64,000 nt of DNA from Patescibacteria group bacterium. GTDB lineage: Bacteria > Patescibacteriota > WWE3 > UBA101185 > UBA10185. The stretch lies in contig JAHJEV010000004.1 of assembly GCA_018825365.1 (NCBI GenBank), positions 27,527 through 91,526 of the forward strand, given 5' to 3'. Below the pieces are notes generated by a model. It worked only from the letters and a program-made list of their open reading frames with translations, searched no databases and had not been told where the DNA came from. Made by a program: the position numbers and the translations under genes. Below are positions 19,155-30,081 of the stretch, piece after piece (the stretch's first letter is position 1; the number at the start of each line of letters is the position of its first letter).

Positions 19155-19772
19155 TTAAATAAGGTTGTTAAAGAAAGAATATTCCAACTTTGAGCCAAAT
19201 ACTTCCTTAAAAACTAATTTAAGTTTTCTCGTTTCTGTTATCCCACTTTGCTTTTTCAGAAATTCAAAAAGCTTATCTTTCCCATAATTATCGACAAGAA
19301 GCTTAATGGCATTCCCGGATTCCTGATATATTCTCTTTCCGTTCAAAAACCCACTGAACTTTTTAGGCATCGGAAATCTATCTAATTGGCCTGCCACATA
19401 TATTGACACACCCTCGTTAAACCAAGTAAATTTGCTTTGTCCAAAAGCCATTTGGAAGAAGGAGTGGCCCAATTCGTGCTTGATAAGCTTTGCAATATCG
19501 TATTCCGAACCATTGTGACAGCTTTCTTTGGATATGTTTTTCGGGCTTAGAACAAAAATTGCCATTTTCCCCCAACTCCATCCTACGACCCAATTCTCAG
19601 TCCTCTCTTCTCTAAGCAAATCTATACTTTTTCTGTCATCTACTACAAACACTTTAGGAGTGTTATGAACCCACCTTTTATTGAAAAACTTATTAAGTTC
19701 CCTTATCGCTTTGTTTTTGTACCTTTGAAGTTTGGGATCAGCCAGGAGAGTAACTTTGAAGATGGAATTCAT
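19155..19772 (-). CDS. hypothetical protein with HExxH motif (possible MA-clan metallopeptidase-like)
   Basis: 'LIKHELGHSFF' HExxH; otherwise no match recognised. Confidence 0.4.
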   Translation of the reverse strand: MNSIFKVTLLADPKLQRYKNKAIRELNKFFNKRWVHNTPKVFVVDDRKSIDLLREERTENWVVGWSWGKMAIFVLSPKNISKESCHNGSEYDIAKLIKHELGHSFFQMAFGQSKFTWFNEGVSIYVAGQLDRFPMPKKFSGFLNGKRIYQESGNAIKLLVDNYGKDKLFEFLKKQSGITETRKLKLVFKEVFGSKLEYSFFNNLI

Positions 19773-19866
19773 TTTTAGATATTACATTAACAATACTGTT
19801 ATTACAATTAAAAGCTGCGGTTGCCCACAAGGAACGAGTTCTAACTATAAGTGATAAAGATTGAAA

Positions 19867-20925
19867 TTATTGTGTGGCAGACTCTAACAATTCAATTTTT
19901 CTATTTGCTGGGTCAAACTGCACCTTTATTCCTAATGGCAGTATCCATTGTGGATCGGTATGCCCAAAGTCTAGATCTGTTACAACAAGCAAGTCGTTTC
20001 TTCCGAACTCTCCCTTAATTATCTTCAAAACTGATTCCCTAAGTTTCTGATTCAGTTCATCTGTATAATCTCTAGCTCTACCAAAAACAACACCATTTAT
20101 TTGATCAAAGATTCCTTGTATACCGTAATTTCTCAGCATATATTCAATGTTAGATATAGTTGGAACATCTTCAGATGTTTCAAAAAACAAAATTTTTCCT
20201 GTCCAAAAGTCTTTGGTCGGCCAGTATTTTGTGCCCTTAAGAAACTCAAGAACTTCAATACACCCTCCAAATAAAACACCTTCGATAGCTTCTTTACCTT
20301 GTAACCAACTATAAGGAGGAGATTTTATTGATTCTTTTATCAATCCAGTGTTATTTTTATTACCCCAATCCGGATATCCATTTGAAAAGGTGTCAAACTT
20401 TGGGTAGATATAATTACTTGAGTCTCCCATTAGAAGTGTTCTAATACCTTCGTGCCAGCTTTTTGGAAAACAACTTGCCTGAGAAAAACCTGCCATGATA
20501 GAGGAACCGTTAAATGTTACTAAACCCCATGAATTCAACAATGTTGTTAATGTCGCGGTATCACTATATCCTAACAATATTTTTGGGTTATTAACTATCA
20601 CTTCCTCTTTCAAATATTCAAGAATTCTTACGGAGTCGCTGCCACCAATAGAAGTAATAATTGCTTTTATATCTTTATTTGCAAACGCATCATTAATATC
20701 TTTGGCTCTTAATTCTGGGTGGTGATAAATTTTGTCTGCAGACATTCTTGCAGTTGGGTATTCAACTATCTCAAACTTTAGTTGTTCTGATAAATATTTT
20801 AGTCCATTTTCATATATATAGGGGTAAACTGATGGACCTCCCCAAGATGGGGACATGGTAGCAACTTTATCGCCTTTTTTTAACCTTTTTGGTTTTATAA
20901 ACGTCACAATGGAATGATACCGCAA
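19867..20925 (-). CDS. LD-carboxypeptidase (peptidase S66, LdcA/MccF family)
   Basis: 'ILLGYSDTATLTTLL' (GYSDxTAL nucleophile motif) and overall S66 architecture; 352 aa. Confidence 0.8.
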   Translation of the reverse strand: MRYHSIVTFIKPKRLKKGDKVATMSPSWGGPSVYPYIYENGLKYLSEQLKFEIVEYPTARMSADKIYHHPELRAKDINDAFANKDIKAIITSIGGSDSVRILEYLKEEVIVNNPKILLGYSDTATLTTLLNSWGLVTFNGSSIMAGFSQASCFPKSWHEGIRTLLMGDSSNYIYPKFDTFSNGYPDWGNKNNTGLIKESIKSPPYSWLQGKEAIEGVLFGGCIEVLEFLKGTKYWPTKDFWTGKILFFETSEDVPTISNIEYMLRNYGIQGIFDQINGVVFGRARDYTDELNQKLRESVLKIIKGEFGRNDLLVVTDLDFGHTDPQWILPLGIKVQFDPANRKIELLESATQ

Positions 20926-21006
20926 CTCGAATTTAGTGTAAATAAAGGTAAAAATACCCGAGGGATTGGACTCTATACTATCTTCCTTTAAATCCCATTA
21001 TTATCC

Positions 21007-22635
21007 CTAACTTTTTGCAACGATAGGAAGTCCCCCATCAAAAGCCTCAAGAATAGACTTCTTATCAACACTCACAGGAATAGAAATATTCATATCAGTC
21101 AAAATTCCCGACTCGCCTTTCTTCAATTTCTTTGGTTTGTCGGCACTTATTACACACTTCGCCCCAAGGCATATCCCAAAAACCGACTTACTCAAATCCT
21201 CAAGAATTTTTCGGGTTCTCATGCTTTCCAATCTTTCTTTGTGGAACGGGTAAAAAACCTCAAGAATCAATAAATTTCCCTCAACACCAACAGGCTTGCT
21301 TGAATTTAAAAGCGCGGTCAAGGAGTGATTCAAATCTCTACTCTTCTTAACAAACATGTCCCACTTTGTCATAACTTTTTTAAGAGAAATAACCGGTTTT
21401 GTGATTTTTTCCTTTTCGACATTCTTACTTTTTTCCACCCTTTTTTCTTTCAAAGCTTTTTCGATCTCAGGAGATTTTTTTGACTCTGAAATTTTTGTTT
21501 CCCCCATCTCTTTTGACTTTGGTCCATTTTTGTCTTCGGGCCCGTCACGACCCTCTCCGCCAGTCACATCTTCATCATCATTTTTTCCACAAATCTCAAC
21601 CACGGCTAATTCAACCGGAAGCTGGGGAATAAAGGAACTTCTGATATTTTTATGAGCCTCAAGTAAAATTCCAACCGTCTTAATAAGCCACCCCATCTCA
21701 ACTTTCTTTGCCTGCTGCCTTGTCGCTTCAACAATCTCATCCGTAACCTCTGCCGTACCCTCAGGAACACCTGATTTCACAAAAAGTAACGTTCTTAAAT
21801 ACTTTAAAAGCTCCCCTACCCAAACATAAAGATCTATCCCCTCTCCGTAAACATCACTAATGATATCCAAGGCTTTAGAAGCTTTACCGGCAATAAGTAA
21901 ATCAACACATTCAATATATTTTTCTTTTGAACTGGTACTTAACAGGGAATCCACACTTATTTCTCCCTCAGCAACCTGCTGAAGTAGTGTTTCTGCGTCT
22001 CTAAAGCCCCCCAGCGACGCCTCAGCTATCTTTTTAAGCTCCACGTCGGATATCTTTATCTCCTCACTTTTTACTATTTGCTTTAACTTCTCTAGTATCT
22101 GTGGAACACTCGCCCTTTTGAATCTAAAAACCTGACATCTTGATTTTATAGTCGCTGGAACTTTATGATCCTCCGTGGTACACAAAATAAAATTGGTGTT
22201 TCTTGGTGGTTCCTCCAGGGTTTTTAACAAAGCATTGAAAGCCTCGGTAGTAAGCATATGAACTTCATCTATGATATAAACTTTTTTCTTTCCCATTGTT
22301 GGGGCTAGCTTTATCCTATCTTTTAGCTGCCTTATATCGTCAATCCCCCTGTTGCTTGCAGCGTCTATTTCAATAAGATCCACAAAAGATCCGATTTTGA
22401 TGGATTCGCAATTGCTGCATTTATCACAGGGTTCTCCGCTTGCTTTTGGTTTTAGACAATTTAAGGATTTTGCAAGAATTCTGGCAAGTGTCGTTTTACC
22501 TGTTCCTCTTGGCCCGACAAAAAGATAAGCATGCACAGTTTTTCCTGACTGCAGCTGCTTAGAAAGCACATCTGCAGCTTCGTTAGGACGACAAACTTCA
22601 CTGAATTTTTGCGGGCGATATTTTGTATAGAACAT
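21007..22635 (-). CDS. dnaX: DNA polymerase III subunit gamma/tau
   Basis: 'FVGPRGTGKTTLARILAKSLNC' Walker A, Zn module 'CDKCSNC', 'DEVHMLT' Walker B. Confidence 0.9.
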   Translation of the reverse strand: MFYTKYRPQKFSEVCRPNEAADVLSKQLQSGKTVHAYLFVGPRGTGKTTLARILAKSLNCLKPKASGEPCDKCSNCESIKIGSFVDLIEIDAASNRGIDDIRQLKDRIKLAPTMGKKKVYIIDEVHMLTTEAFNALLKTLEEPPRNTNFILCTTEDHKVPATIKSRCQVFRFKRASVPQILEKLKQIVKSEEIKISDVELKKIAEASLGGFRDAETLLQQVAEGEISVDSLLSTSSKEKYIECVDLLIAGKASKALDIISDVYGEGIDLYVWVGELLKYLRTLLFVKSGVPEGTAEVTDEIVEATRQQAKKVEMGWLIKTVGILLEAHKNIRSSFIPQLPVELAVVEICGKNDDEDVTGGEGRDGPEDKNGPKSKEMGETKISESKKSPEIEKALKEKRVEKSKNVEKEKITKPVISLKKVMTKWDMFVKKSRDLNHSLTALLNSSKPVGVEGNLLILEVFYPFHKERLESMRTRKILEDLSKSVFGICLGAKCVISADKPKKLKKGESGILTDMNISIPVSVDKKSILEAFDGGLPIVAKS

Positions 22636-22725
22636 AACTGCCTAAAAAATAGTATAGAACCTACAGATTTCCAAACCACTAATGATGGTTGAAATAAATA
22701 TTAAATGATGACGAGAAAACGGGAC

Positions 22726-23223
22726 TTAAAAAACAATTTCTGAAACTTTGCTTTTAATTTTTTCCAACTGCTCGTCAGTAAAATTTTGCAATACCCAATC
22801 ATCCGTGGGAATATTTTTATCTTCTGATTTTCCCACCCCTACCCTAATTCTCCAAAAATCCTGCGAGGAAAGTTTCTCGATAATACTTTCCACCCCCTTA
22901 TGGCCTGCGGAGCTTACACCAAGTTGTTTTTTGATTTCCCCAAACTGTAAATCTACATCATCATGAATAACTACTAAATCACTAGTATCTACTTTGTAAA
23001 AATTTAAAATCTTAAAAACGGCTTCGCCTGATTTATTCATGTAAGTCTGAGGTTTAGCTAATATAAAATCTTTTGAAACGGCTATTTCTGCGTTAAATTT
23101 TGAGGAGTTTTCCCAGGACAGTGAGTTTTTTGATGCGATTTCGTCAACAATAATAAAACCCGTGTTATGTCTGTTTTTGAAGTATTTTTCTCCGGGATTA
23201 CCCAGTCCTACAATTAGTTTCAT
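22726..23223 (-). CDS. pth: peptidyl-tRNA hydrolase
   Basis: 'MKLIVGLGNPGEKYFKNRHNTGF' canonical Pth N-terminus. Confidence 0.9.
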   Translation of the reverse strand: MKLIVGLGNPGEKYFKNRHNTGFIIVDEIASKNSLSWENSSKFNAEIAVSKDFILAKPQTYMNKSGEAVFKILNFYKVDTSDLVVIHDDVDLQFGEIKKQLGVSSAGHKGVESIIEKLSSQDFWRIRVGVGKSEDKNIPTDDWVLQNFTDEQLEKIKSKVSEIVF

Positions 23224-23549
23224 TTTTCATCCTTTGAAACTTCAGGATCTTCATGGTCTATACCTAAAAGGTGTAAAACCCCATGTCCGACTAAATCTGA
23301 TATTTCCTGCTCAACAGAATTGCCATATTCTTTGCACTGCCTCTGCGCCTGCTCTTTGTTCACGACAACATCTCCCAAATAATATGTTCCGTCCTCCTGC
23401 TCTTGGTTGATATCAAAGGATAAAACATCTGTGGGGAAATCTTTTTTTCTGTACTTATTGCTTAGTTTTTTTATTTCCTCATCACTAACAATACTCACAG
23501 AAACATACAGTTTTTTCTTCCCCAGGAAATCTTTTGCTTTTGAGTTCAT
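23220..23549 (-). CDS. ybeY: rRNA maturation RNase YbeY (short form)
   Basis: 'HGVLHLLGIDHE' (H3xH5xH Zn motif); 109 aa. Confidence 0.85.
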   Translation of the reverse strand: MNSKAKDFLGKKKLYVSVSIVSDEEIKKLSNKYRKKDFPTDVLSFDINQEQEDGTYYLGDVVVNKEQAQRQCKEYGNSVEQEISDLVGHGVLHLLGIDHEDPEVSKDEK

Positions 23550-23558
23550 AGATCTAAA

Positions 23559-23891
23559 TTACTTTCCCCTATTTGCCATTGGGTTTGGGGTTTCAAGATC
23601 AAACGGGAACAATTTAGCAAACTCCAAATAAACCCCAAGCTCTGCTTTTTCTTTTTCCAAAAGGTCGGTTCTTCCAGCCTTTTCGCATGTTTCAATGCCT
23701 TCTTTTCTGTTTTTGACCTCTTTTCTAAGTACTTTAAACACATCTTCATCAGTCATTTCTTTTTTCTGACCGAAAAGCTCAATCTCTTTGTTTTTTACCT
23801 GGGAAAAGAAAAACCTCAACACACCCAACCTTAGGGTGTCACCAGCTTTTTGATATTCTACAAGTTTAGATCTTAAATCATCTATTACCAT
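23559..23891 (-). CDS. GatB/YqeY domain protein
   Basis: 110 aa; YqeY-like helical pattern; located between ybeY and rpsU as in many bacteria. Confidence 0.7.
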   Translation of the reverse strand: MVIDDLRSKLVEYQKAGDTLRLGVLRFFFSQVKNKEIELFGQKKEMTDEDVFKVLRKEVKNRKEGIETCEKAGRTDLLEKEKAELGVYLEFAKLFPFDLETPNPMANRGK

Positions 23892-24080
23892 CTATTTATT
23901 TCTTTCCAAATAAAATCTTCTTTTTAGTTCTTTAGATTTTCTTCGTTTTACCTCACTTGGCTTAACATAATGTTCTCGATCTTTTAACTCCTGAAGTATT
24001 CCGGCTCGAAGTACCTCTTTGTTAAATCTTCTTAACGCTTGATCTAAACTCTCGCCGTGTCTTACTTTAACTTTTGTCAT
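23892..24080 (-). CDS. rpsU: 30S ribosomal protein S21
   Basis: 62 aa, 'VKVRHGESLDQALRRFNKEV...' basic S21 pattern. Confidence 0.85.
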   Translation of the reverse strand: MTKVKVRHGESLDQALRRFNKEVLRAGILQELKDREHYVKPSEVKRRKSKELKRRFYLERNK

Positions 24081-24468
24081 ATTATTTCATCAAATATTAT
24101 GCTCGAGCTTATCACTCAAAGCATCTGTTTGATATGGTCTGTAAAAACAGACCGGCAGAAAACACCTCCAAACCTTTATTTTAAATTGCTATTACAATAA
24201 ACGTACAGCACATCTCGCCTAATATTCTGTCTTCCTCTATTAGCAGTCTTTAATATTAACTGCCGCTAGATGTGACGCTAGATATTAATTTCAGTCAAAT
24301 GCGATTAGAAAATACAGTATAGAGAAATTAAATTTTCAATATACATATAAAGTATAATCACACACGTAAGACAAATGCAAAACTTATACCACGAAGATTA
24401 AATTGAAACAACAACTAATAGGTCTCCTGCTCATTTTGTTGAGATGAAAACATTTTGTGCGCAAAATA

Positions 24469-25632
24469 TTATAAAGACAGGTCTTTAAGAGTTATTAAAA
24501 GCATGAGCCCGAGAAGTATATACATACCTACTTTATGGACATTCGCCTCAAAGGAAGGTTTTACTCTCTTTCTGGTAATCATTTCGTAAACTTTAAACGC
24601 GATTCTGCCGCCGTCTAGCGCCGGGATTGGCAAAATATTGCTAAAGGCAAAACCCAAAGATATGATGGCAAGCGTATCTATTACACTTAACGCTAGTTTC
24701 GATCCACCAGCTTTAAACACACTTACCATAATATTAAAAACCCCAACCGGCCCAACCATAGTTTCCGAAACAGGCCCTACACTTTTGTCTTGAACCGAAA
24801 TTCCAATAATTTTTCCAAAGGATATCAATGAGTAGCTTAAAAGATTATATGCATGCAGGGGTCCTGAAAATATCTTCTCCAAGGTACTGTCATAAGAAAT
24901 AGATTTAGCTTCCCCGGTATAAACGCCAATAATACTGTCGCCCTCACTTGCACTCTCCGGCTTTAAGTTAGGTTTTGGAGTTACAGTGTAACTTTCTATC
25001 TTGGTGTAACTCCTATCTCTCATATCCAAAGCTTCAATCTTAACCGATAAACCTGATTTCCCCATCAAAGCTTCTCTCTCATCCTGGATATTTTTAATTT
25101 CCTGGCCGTCAATTCTAATAATCGCCTCTCCTATCTGCATACCCGCTTCCTTAGCTGCAGAATCATCCGTCATGTCAAAAATTACTGTGTTGTATGAGTG
25201 TTCGGTTCCAAATCTGAACTCATGATCAAAAATCATAGGAATATAAAAGCTTTTAAAGCCATTGACAAAGAAGAATATGTAAAACAGGAAAACTGCCACT
25301 AGGGTATTCATTATTATTCCAGCTGTTAGTATCAAAGCTTGAATTCTTGGAGGTTTTGAGATAAAGCTTCCCGGATCTTTAACATACTCTTTTTCTTCTT
25401 TGTCACTTTCGACTTCCTCTCCTGCAATTCTTACAAACCCACCTAAAGGAAGTACATTTATAGAATACAAAGTCTCACCAATCTTTCTGCCCCATATTCT
25501 TGGAGGGTACCCGATCCCAAACTCCTCCACCCTCACACCATTTTTTCTTGCAGCAATAAAGTGACCAAACTCATGTATGAGAATTAATGAAGAAAGGACC
25601 AGAATGATTAAAATAAATGTGAGAAAGGTCAT
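24469..25632 (-). CDS. rseP: RIP metalloprotease RseP (site-2 protease, M50 with PDZ)
   Basis: 'ILIHEFGHFIAARKNGVRVEEFGIGYPP' HExxH in TM1, PDZ region, C-terminal 'LNILPIPALDGG' LDG motif. Confidence 0.9.
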   Translation of the reverse strand: MTFLTFILIILVLSSLILIHEFGHFIAARKNGVRVEEFGIGYPPRIWGRKIGETLYSINVLPLGGFVRIAGEEVESDKEEKEYVKDPGSFISKPPRIQALILTAGIIMNTLVAVFLFYIFFFVNGFKSFYIPMIFDHEFRFGTEHSYNTVIFDMTDDSAAKEAGMQIGEAIIRIDGQEIKNIQDEREALMGKSGLSVKIEALDMRDRSYTKIESYTVTPKPNLKPESASEGDSIIGVYTGEAKSISYDSTLEKIFSGPLHAYNLLSYSLISFGKIIGISVQDKSVGPVSETMVGPVGVFNIMVSVFKAGGSKLALSVIDTLAIISLGFAFSNILPIPALDGGRIAFKVYEMITRKRVKPSFEANVHKVGMYILLGLMLLITLKDLSL

Positions 25633-25642
25633 AACACCAAAG

Positions 25643-26212
25643 CTAGATTGTCATTAGCTCCTCTTTTTTGTCGTTTCCAAGTTTATCCGCCTGATCAATA
25701 AAATCTTTAACGGTCTTTTCGACCTCTTCTTTCTGCTTAAATTTTTCGTCTTCGCCGATTATCTTTTCCGTAAAATCTTTTTCTATATCTTTCATTGCAT
25801 CCTGCCTAATATTTCTAATTGAGTTTTTGCAGATCTCAACTTTTTCGGACACATCTTTGGTGAATTCTTTTCTTCTTTCTTCGGTTAAGGCTGGTACTGT
25901 AACTCTTATTCTGTCGGCTTCTTTTGCCGCCCCAAGACCTAGATTACTGTTTCTCACTCCACTTATTACTGCGTCCATAGTACTTTTGTCCCACGGAATG
26001 ACAGCAAGGTTGTGTGGATCCATAACGGTTATAGAACCAATCTCTTTTATGGTCATTATGCTTCCGCTGTAAACCTCAACTGAGATATCTGCAATAAGTG
26101 CCGGAGAGACTCTTCCTGTTCTTATTTGGGAAAGTTCTGATTTTAAAAATTCAACTGACTTACTAAGTTTCGATTTTAAATCGGAGGTGTTCATATATCT
26201 GAATAATAGCAA
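25643..26212 (-). CDS. frr: ribosome recycling factor
   Basis: RRF family pattern ('...IRTGRVSPALIADISVEVYG...'); position next to tsf/rpsB. Confidence 0.85.
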   Translation of the reverse strand: MLLFRYMNTSDLKSKLSKSVEFLKSELSQIRTGRVSPALIADISVEVYSGSIMTIKEIGSITVMDPHNLAVIPWDKSTMDAVISGVRNSNLGLGAAKEADRIRVTVPALTEERRKEFTKDVSEKVEICKNSIRNIRQDAMKDIEKDFTEKIIGEDEKFKQKEEVEKTVKDFIDQADKLGNDKKEELMTI

Positions 26213-26221
26213 AAAAGGAGT

Positions 26222-26680
26222 TTATTCTCCAACAGAAAACTTCGTGAATTTCACTATTTCTATTTTCTCACCAGTTTTGGCTGAAGTTTCGTTCACAAGG
26301 TCCTGGATTTTTTTGGAGGGGTCTCTAATGTATTCAGACTCCAAAAGTTTCTCAACGCTGTCAAGGTCTTCTGTGCAAACCTGCATTGAAACCTCCTGGC
26401 AAAGCTTTTTAAAATCATCTGTTTTGGCAACAAAATCGGTCTCACAGCCAATTAAAACAAGACTTCCGACCTTCCCACCGTTGTGAATATATGAAAAAAC
26501 CAAACCATCTTTTGCCACTCTGTCTGACTTTTTAGCTGCTTTTGAAGCTGCCCTTTTCATAAGTTCCTCCTTAGCTTTATCAAAATCTCCACTGGTTTCT
26601 TCCAGCATGCTTTTGATTTCCAAAATACCAGCGCCTGTTTCTTCTCTTAAGCGTTTAAGTTTTTCAACGTCAATTGCCAT
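26222..26680 (-). CDS. tsf: elongation factor Ts (short, CPR-like form)
   Basis: 'AIDVEKLKRLREETGAGILEIKSMLEE' UBA-like EF-Ts N-terminus; immediately downstream of rpsB. Confidence 0.8.
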   Translation of the reverse strand: MAIDVEKLKRLREETGAGILEIKSMLEETSGDFDKAKEELMKRAASKAAKKSDRVAKDGLVFSYIHNGGKVGSLVLIGCETDFVAKTDDFKKLCQEVSMQVCTEDLDSVEKLLESEYIRDPSKKIQDLVNETSAKTGEKIEIVKFTKFSVGE

Positions 26681-26692
26681 AAAATCTCCTTT

Positions 26693-27610
26693 TTAAATTT
26701 TACTCACTTTTTTCTTCTTCACCACTTTCTTTTCTTCTTCCGGTTTATCTTCAGCTACCTTTGCCTTTTCTGCTTTTTCCTCTTCCAGTTTTTCAGCTAC
26801 TTCTTTTGCAATCTTTTCGGCTTCTTTAGCTATTCTTTCAACCTCTTTAGCTGCCTCTTCTGCCGCCTCTTTGGCTTCTTTTTCTCTTTGTTTTTCAAGT
26901 TTTTCAGCAGCTTTTCCAAACTCCTTATAACCTTCCTCTATCGCTTCCGATATGGCTTTAACGATAAGTGCCACTGATTTTATAGCATCATCATTTGCAG
27001 GTATCGGGTAACTTACTTCCGTTGGATTTGCGTTTGTATCGACAATGGAAACCACCGGAACATTTGATATCTTTGCCTCTCTGATTGCCGTTTTTTCCCT
27101 TTTAGGATCTATGACAAACAGGACTTGCGGGGCATCTTTAAGATCAACTATACCTCCGTATGCGATAGTTAATTTTTCAATATCTCTGTCGATCCAAAGC
27201 CTCTCCTTTTTTGTGTAAATATCAAACTTCCCCTCTTGCTTTCCTTTGATCATGTCCAAAAGTTTGCTTAAATTCTTTTTAATAGTTTCAAAATTTGTAA
27301 TGGTTCCGCCCACCCATCTTTCATTTACATATTTCGCACCGCACCTTTTTGCCTCATTTTCTATAATATCTTTAGTCTGTCTTTTTGTTCCGACAAAAAC
27401 TATTGATTTGCCTAATTTTGCCTGCTCAAATAGAAACTCACAGGCTTTTTTTAAGCATTCTTCTGTTTTTTCAAGATCAATTATGTGGGTGTTTTTGTTT
27501 ACAGAATATATATAAGGCTCCATTTTTGGATGCCATCTTCTTACTTGATGACCAAAATGAGCTCCCGCGTCGAGCAGGTCTTGGATACTAGGTATTTTAT
27601 ATTTTGGCAT
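26693..27610 (-). CDS. rpsB: 30S ribosomal protein S2 with charged (E/K-rich) C-terminal extension
   Basis: 'MPKYKIPSIQDLLDAGAHFGHQVRRWHPKM' canonical S2 start. Confidence 0.9.
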   Translation of the reverse strand: MPKYKIPSIQDLLDAGAHFGHQVRRWHPKMEPYIYSVNKNTHIIDLEKTEECLKKACEFLFEQAKLGKSIVFVGTKRQTKDIIENEAKRCGAKYVNERWVGGTITNFETIKKNLSKLLDMIKGKQEGKFDIYTKKERLWIDRDIEKLTIAYGGIVDLKDAPQVLFVIDPKREKTAIREAKISNVPVVSIVDTNANPTEVSYPIPANDDAIKSVALIVKAISEAIEEGYKEFGKAAEKLEKQREKEAKEAAEEAAKEVERIAKEAEKIAKEVAEKLEEEKAEKAKVAEDKPEEEKKVVKKKKVSKI

Positions 27611-27814
27611 TTTTTAATTTTATGAGGGAAAATGCGAAGGTGAGTGATTAGCCTTCTAATCAAATCGATCGGATTCCCCTCTTTTCCTTTTGAAACCAAC
27701 TAAATGTTTGTTTCTCACCTAAGCCCGTAAAACGGGAGAGAGATTCAGGTCAGGTGTAAGTTATCATACGAGGGTTAGTTTGGCAATGACGTTAATAAAC
27801 CCCTGCCCTCTTTC

Positions 27815-29983
27815 TTATATTAATGAGGTAACAGACTCCCTCTTCTTTCCTCTTTTTACCTTTTCACCATCCCCTTCTAGCTTTGGGTTTTTCCAGCTAC
27901 TGTAATCACAATCCGGGTATCTGCTACACCCGAAAAAGTTCCTTCTTTTGGCTTTTTTGATAACTACATCGCCCTTTCCACACTTAGGACATTTCATGCC
28001 AATCTTATCCATAAAATTCTGGGTGGTTTTACACTTGGGATAGTTACTACACGCTATAAACTTTCCAAATCTTCCCTGTTTTAAAATCATTAGACCGTCC
28101 TCGCAGTTCGGACACTTGCCATAATCCTTCTTTTCATCTTCGCCACCTCCCGTTTCCCCGGCCAAAGGTTTTGCATATTTGCAATCCGGATACCCCGAGC
28201 AACTTAGGAATTTCCCATACTTCCCAAGTTTAAAGACTAATGTTTTACCACAATCCGGACATTTTTCATCACTATCTCCAAGATTTGTGACTTCTCTTTT
28301 GGAAAGAGACTTATCTTTTTCTTCTAATATTTTGATGAAAGGTTCATAAAATTCTCTGATAAGAGGAACCCACTTTTTCTTTCCTTCCGCTACTTGATCT
28401 AGATTTGCCTCCATATCGGCGGTAAAGCTAAAATCAACAATGTTGGGAAAATGTTCGACTAAAAGGTCTACCACAACATAAGCAACATCTTTTGGTAAAA
28501 ATGCCTTGCCTTCTTTTTCAACATATCCTCTTGTCTGAATAGTCGTTAGTGTTGGAGCGTATGTAGAAGGTCTACCAACCCCAATCTCCTCCATCTTTTT
28601 TATAAGAGTTGCATCTGTGTACCTAGCCAGTGGTTGTGTGAAATGCTGTTCGGATGTTAGTGATTTTAATACCAACATGTCATTTCCTGACAAATTGGGT
28701 AATTGAATTTGAGCGTCGTCCCCATTAGACTCAATTCCCAAAAACTTCCCTACTACGTGCCACCCATCAAACTTAACTTGGGAGCCGATGGCCTTAAAAA
28801 GATACCCTTTACCTGAAATCACGCTCACTGAAGTCTGATCATAAACTACAGGCTCCATCTGACACTCAAGAGATCTTTTCCAAATAAGTGAGTAAACTTT
28901 TAACTCATCCGGCTTTAGTTTTTTGCCGCTTTTTCCCGGTATGAAAAGCACATTCGTTGGTCTTATCGCTTCATGGGCCTCTTGTGCGTTTTTGGACTTT
29001 GTTTTGTAAAAAACTCCTTTTTCAGGCAAATAACTCTTCCCAAATTGACTTCCTATAAAATCTCTCGCGCTATTTACGAAAGCTGGAGACAAACTAAGCG
29101 AGTCGGTTCTATGGTAAGTAATGTATCCCTCTTCAAACAAAGATTGTGCGGCTAACATGGTTCTTTTAGCGGTAAATCCAAAGACATTTGAGCCGGCCTG
29201 CTGCAGCGCTGATGTGCTCAAAGGAGCGTAAGGTCTTATCTCTCTTTTTGATTTTTGAATAGAAGAAACCAAAAACGTATCATCTCTTAGGTCATCCTCA
29301 AGTTTTTTTGCACTCTCTTTATTTGCTATTTCAAGTTTTTTATCCTGCTTTTCAGCTAACTGAGCTTCAAAATTCTCTTTCCCGTTGGTTTCAAAAAGAC
29401 CTTTCATTGTCCAGTATTCTTCAGGCTTAAACACCTGTCTTTCTCTTTCTCTTTCAACAACCAAGCGTACAGCAACGCTTTGAACCCTTCCGGCAGATAA
29501 TCCATACATTACTTTTTTCCATAAGAGGGGAGACAATTTGTAACCAACAAGACGATCCAGCACTCTTCTTGCCTGTTGGGCATCTACCAAATCCATATTT
29601 ATTTCACCGAGTTTTGAAAAAGCTTCTTTTACTGCGGATTCTGTTAACTCATGAAAAACTACCCTTCCGAATTTTAAATTTCCCTTTTTGGGTTTCAAAA
29701 GCTCCTCTAAATGCCACGCAATAGCCTCGCCCTCCCGATCGGGGTCTGTTGCAAGAATTATTTCCTCAGCATCCTTGGCTTGCTTTTTAAGAAGGGTGAT
29801 GGTTTTTTTGGCTTTAGCAGGGACGGCATATTCAGGTTCATAATTATGCTCAATATCAACACCTAATCCACTTTTAGGAAGATCCCTAATATGTCCCATT
29901 GACGCTTCTATTTTGTAATCCTTTGGCAGGATTGTTGATAGAGTCTTGGCCTTTGTGGGTGACTCGACAATTACCAATTTCAT
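27815..29983 (-). CDS. topA: DNA topoisomerase I with C-terminal Zn-ribbon repeats
   Basis: Toprim 'MKLVIVESPTKAKT', active-site region, multiple C4 Zn ribbons ('CPDCGK','CPNCEDG','CPKCGKG'). Confidence 0.9.
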   Translation of the reverse strand: MKLVIVESPTKAKTLSTILPKDYKIEASMGHIRDLPKSGLGVDIEHNYEPEYAVPAKAKKTITLLKKQAKDAEEIILATDPDREGEAIAWHLEELLKPKKGNLKFGRVVFHELTESAVKEAFSKLGEINMDLVDAQQARRVLDRLVGYKLSPLLWKKVMYGLSAGRVQSVAVRLVVERERERQVFKPEEYWTMKGLFETNGKENFEAQLAEKQDKKLEIANKESAKKLEDDLRDDTFLVSSIQKSKREIRPYAPLSTSALQQAGSNVFGFTAKRTMLAAQSLFEEGYITYHRTDSLSLSPAFVNSARDFIGSQFGKSYLPEKGVFYKTKSKNAQEAHEAIRPTNVLFIPGKSGKKLKPDELKVYSLIWKRSLECQMEPVVYDQTSVSVISGKGYLFKAIGSQVKFDGWHVVGKFLGIESNGDDAQIQLPNLSGNDMLVLKSLTSEQHFTQPLARYTDATLIKKMEEIGVGRPSTYAPTLTTIQTRGYVEKEGKAFLPKDVAYVVVDLLVEHFPNIVDFSFTADMEANLDQVAEGKKKWVPLIREFYEPFIKILEEKDKSLSKREVTNLGDSDEKCPDCGKTLVFKLGKYGKFLSCSGYPDCKYAKPLAGETGGGEDEKKDYGKCPNCEDGLMILKQGRFGKFIACSNYPKCKTTQNFMDKIGMKCPKCGKGDVVIKKAKRRNFFGCSRYPDCDYSSWKNPKLEGDGEKVKRGKKRESVTSLI

Positions 29984-30081
29984 AATTTTAACTTTTAAAT
30001 AATACCATGAAGTAAAAATATCAAAGCGAAGTGCTTTTTTCAGAACAATAAATATTATCAGAAAAATGCTAAAATAACGGC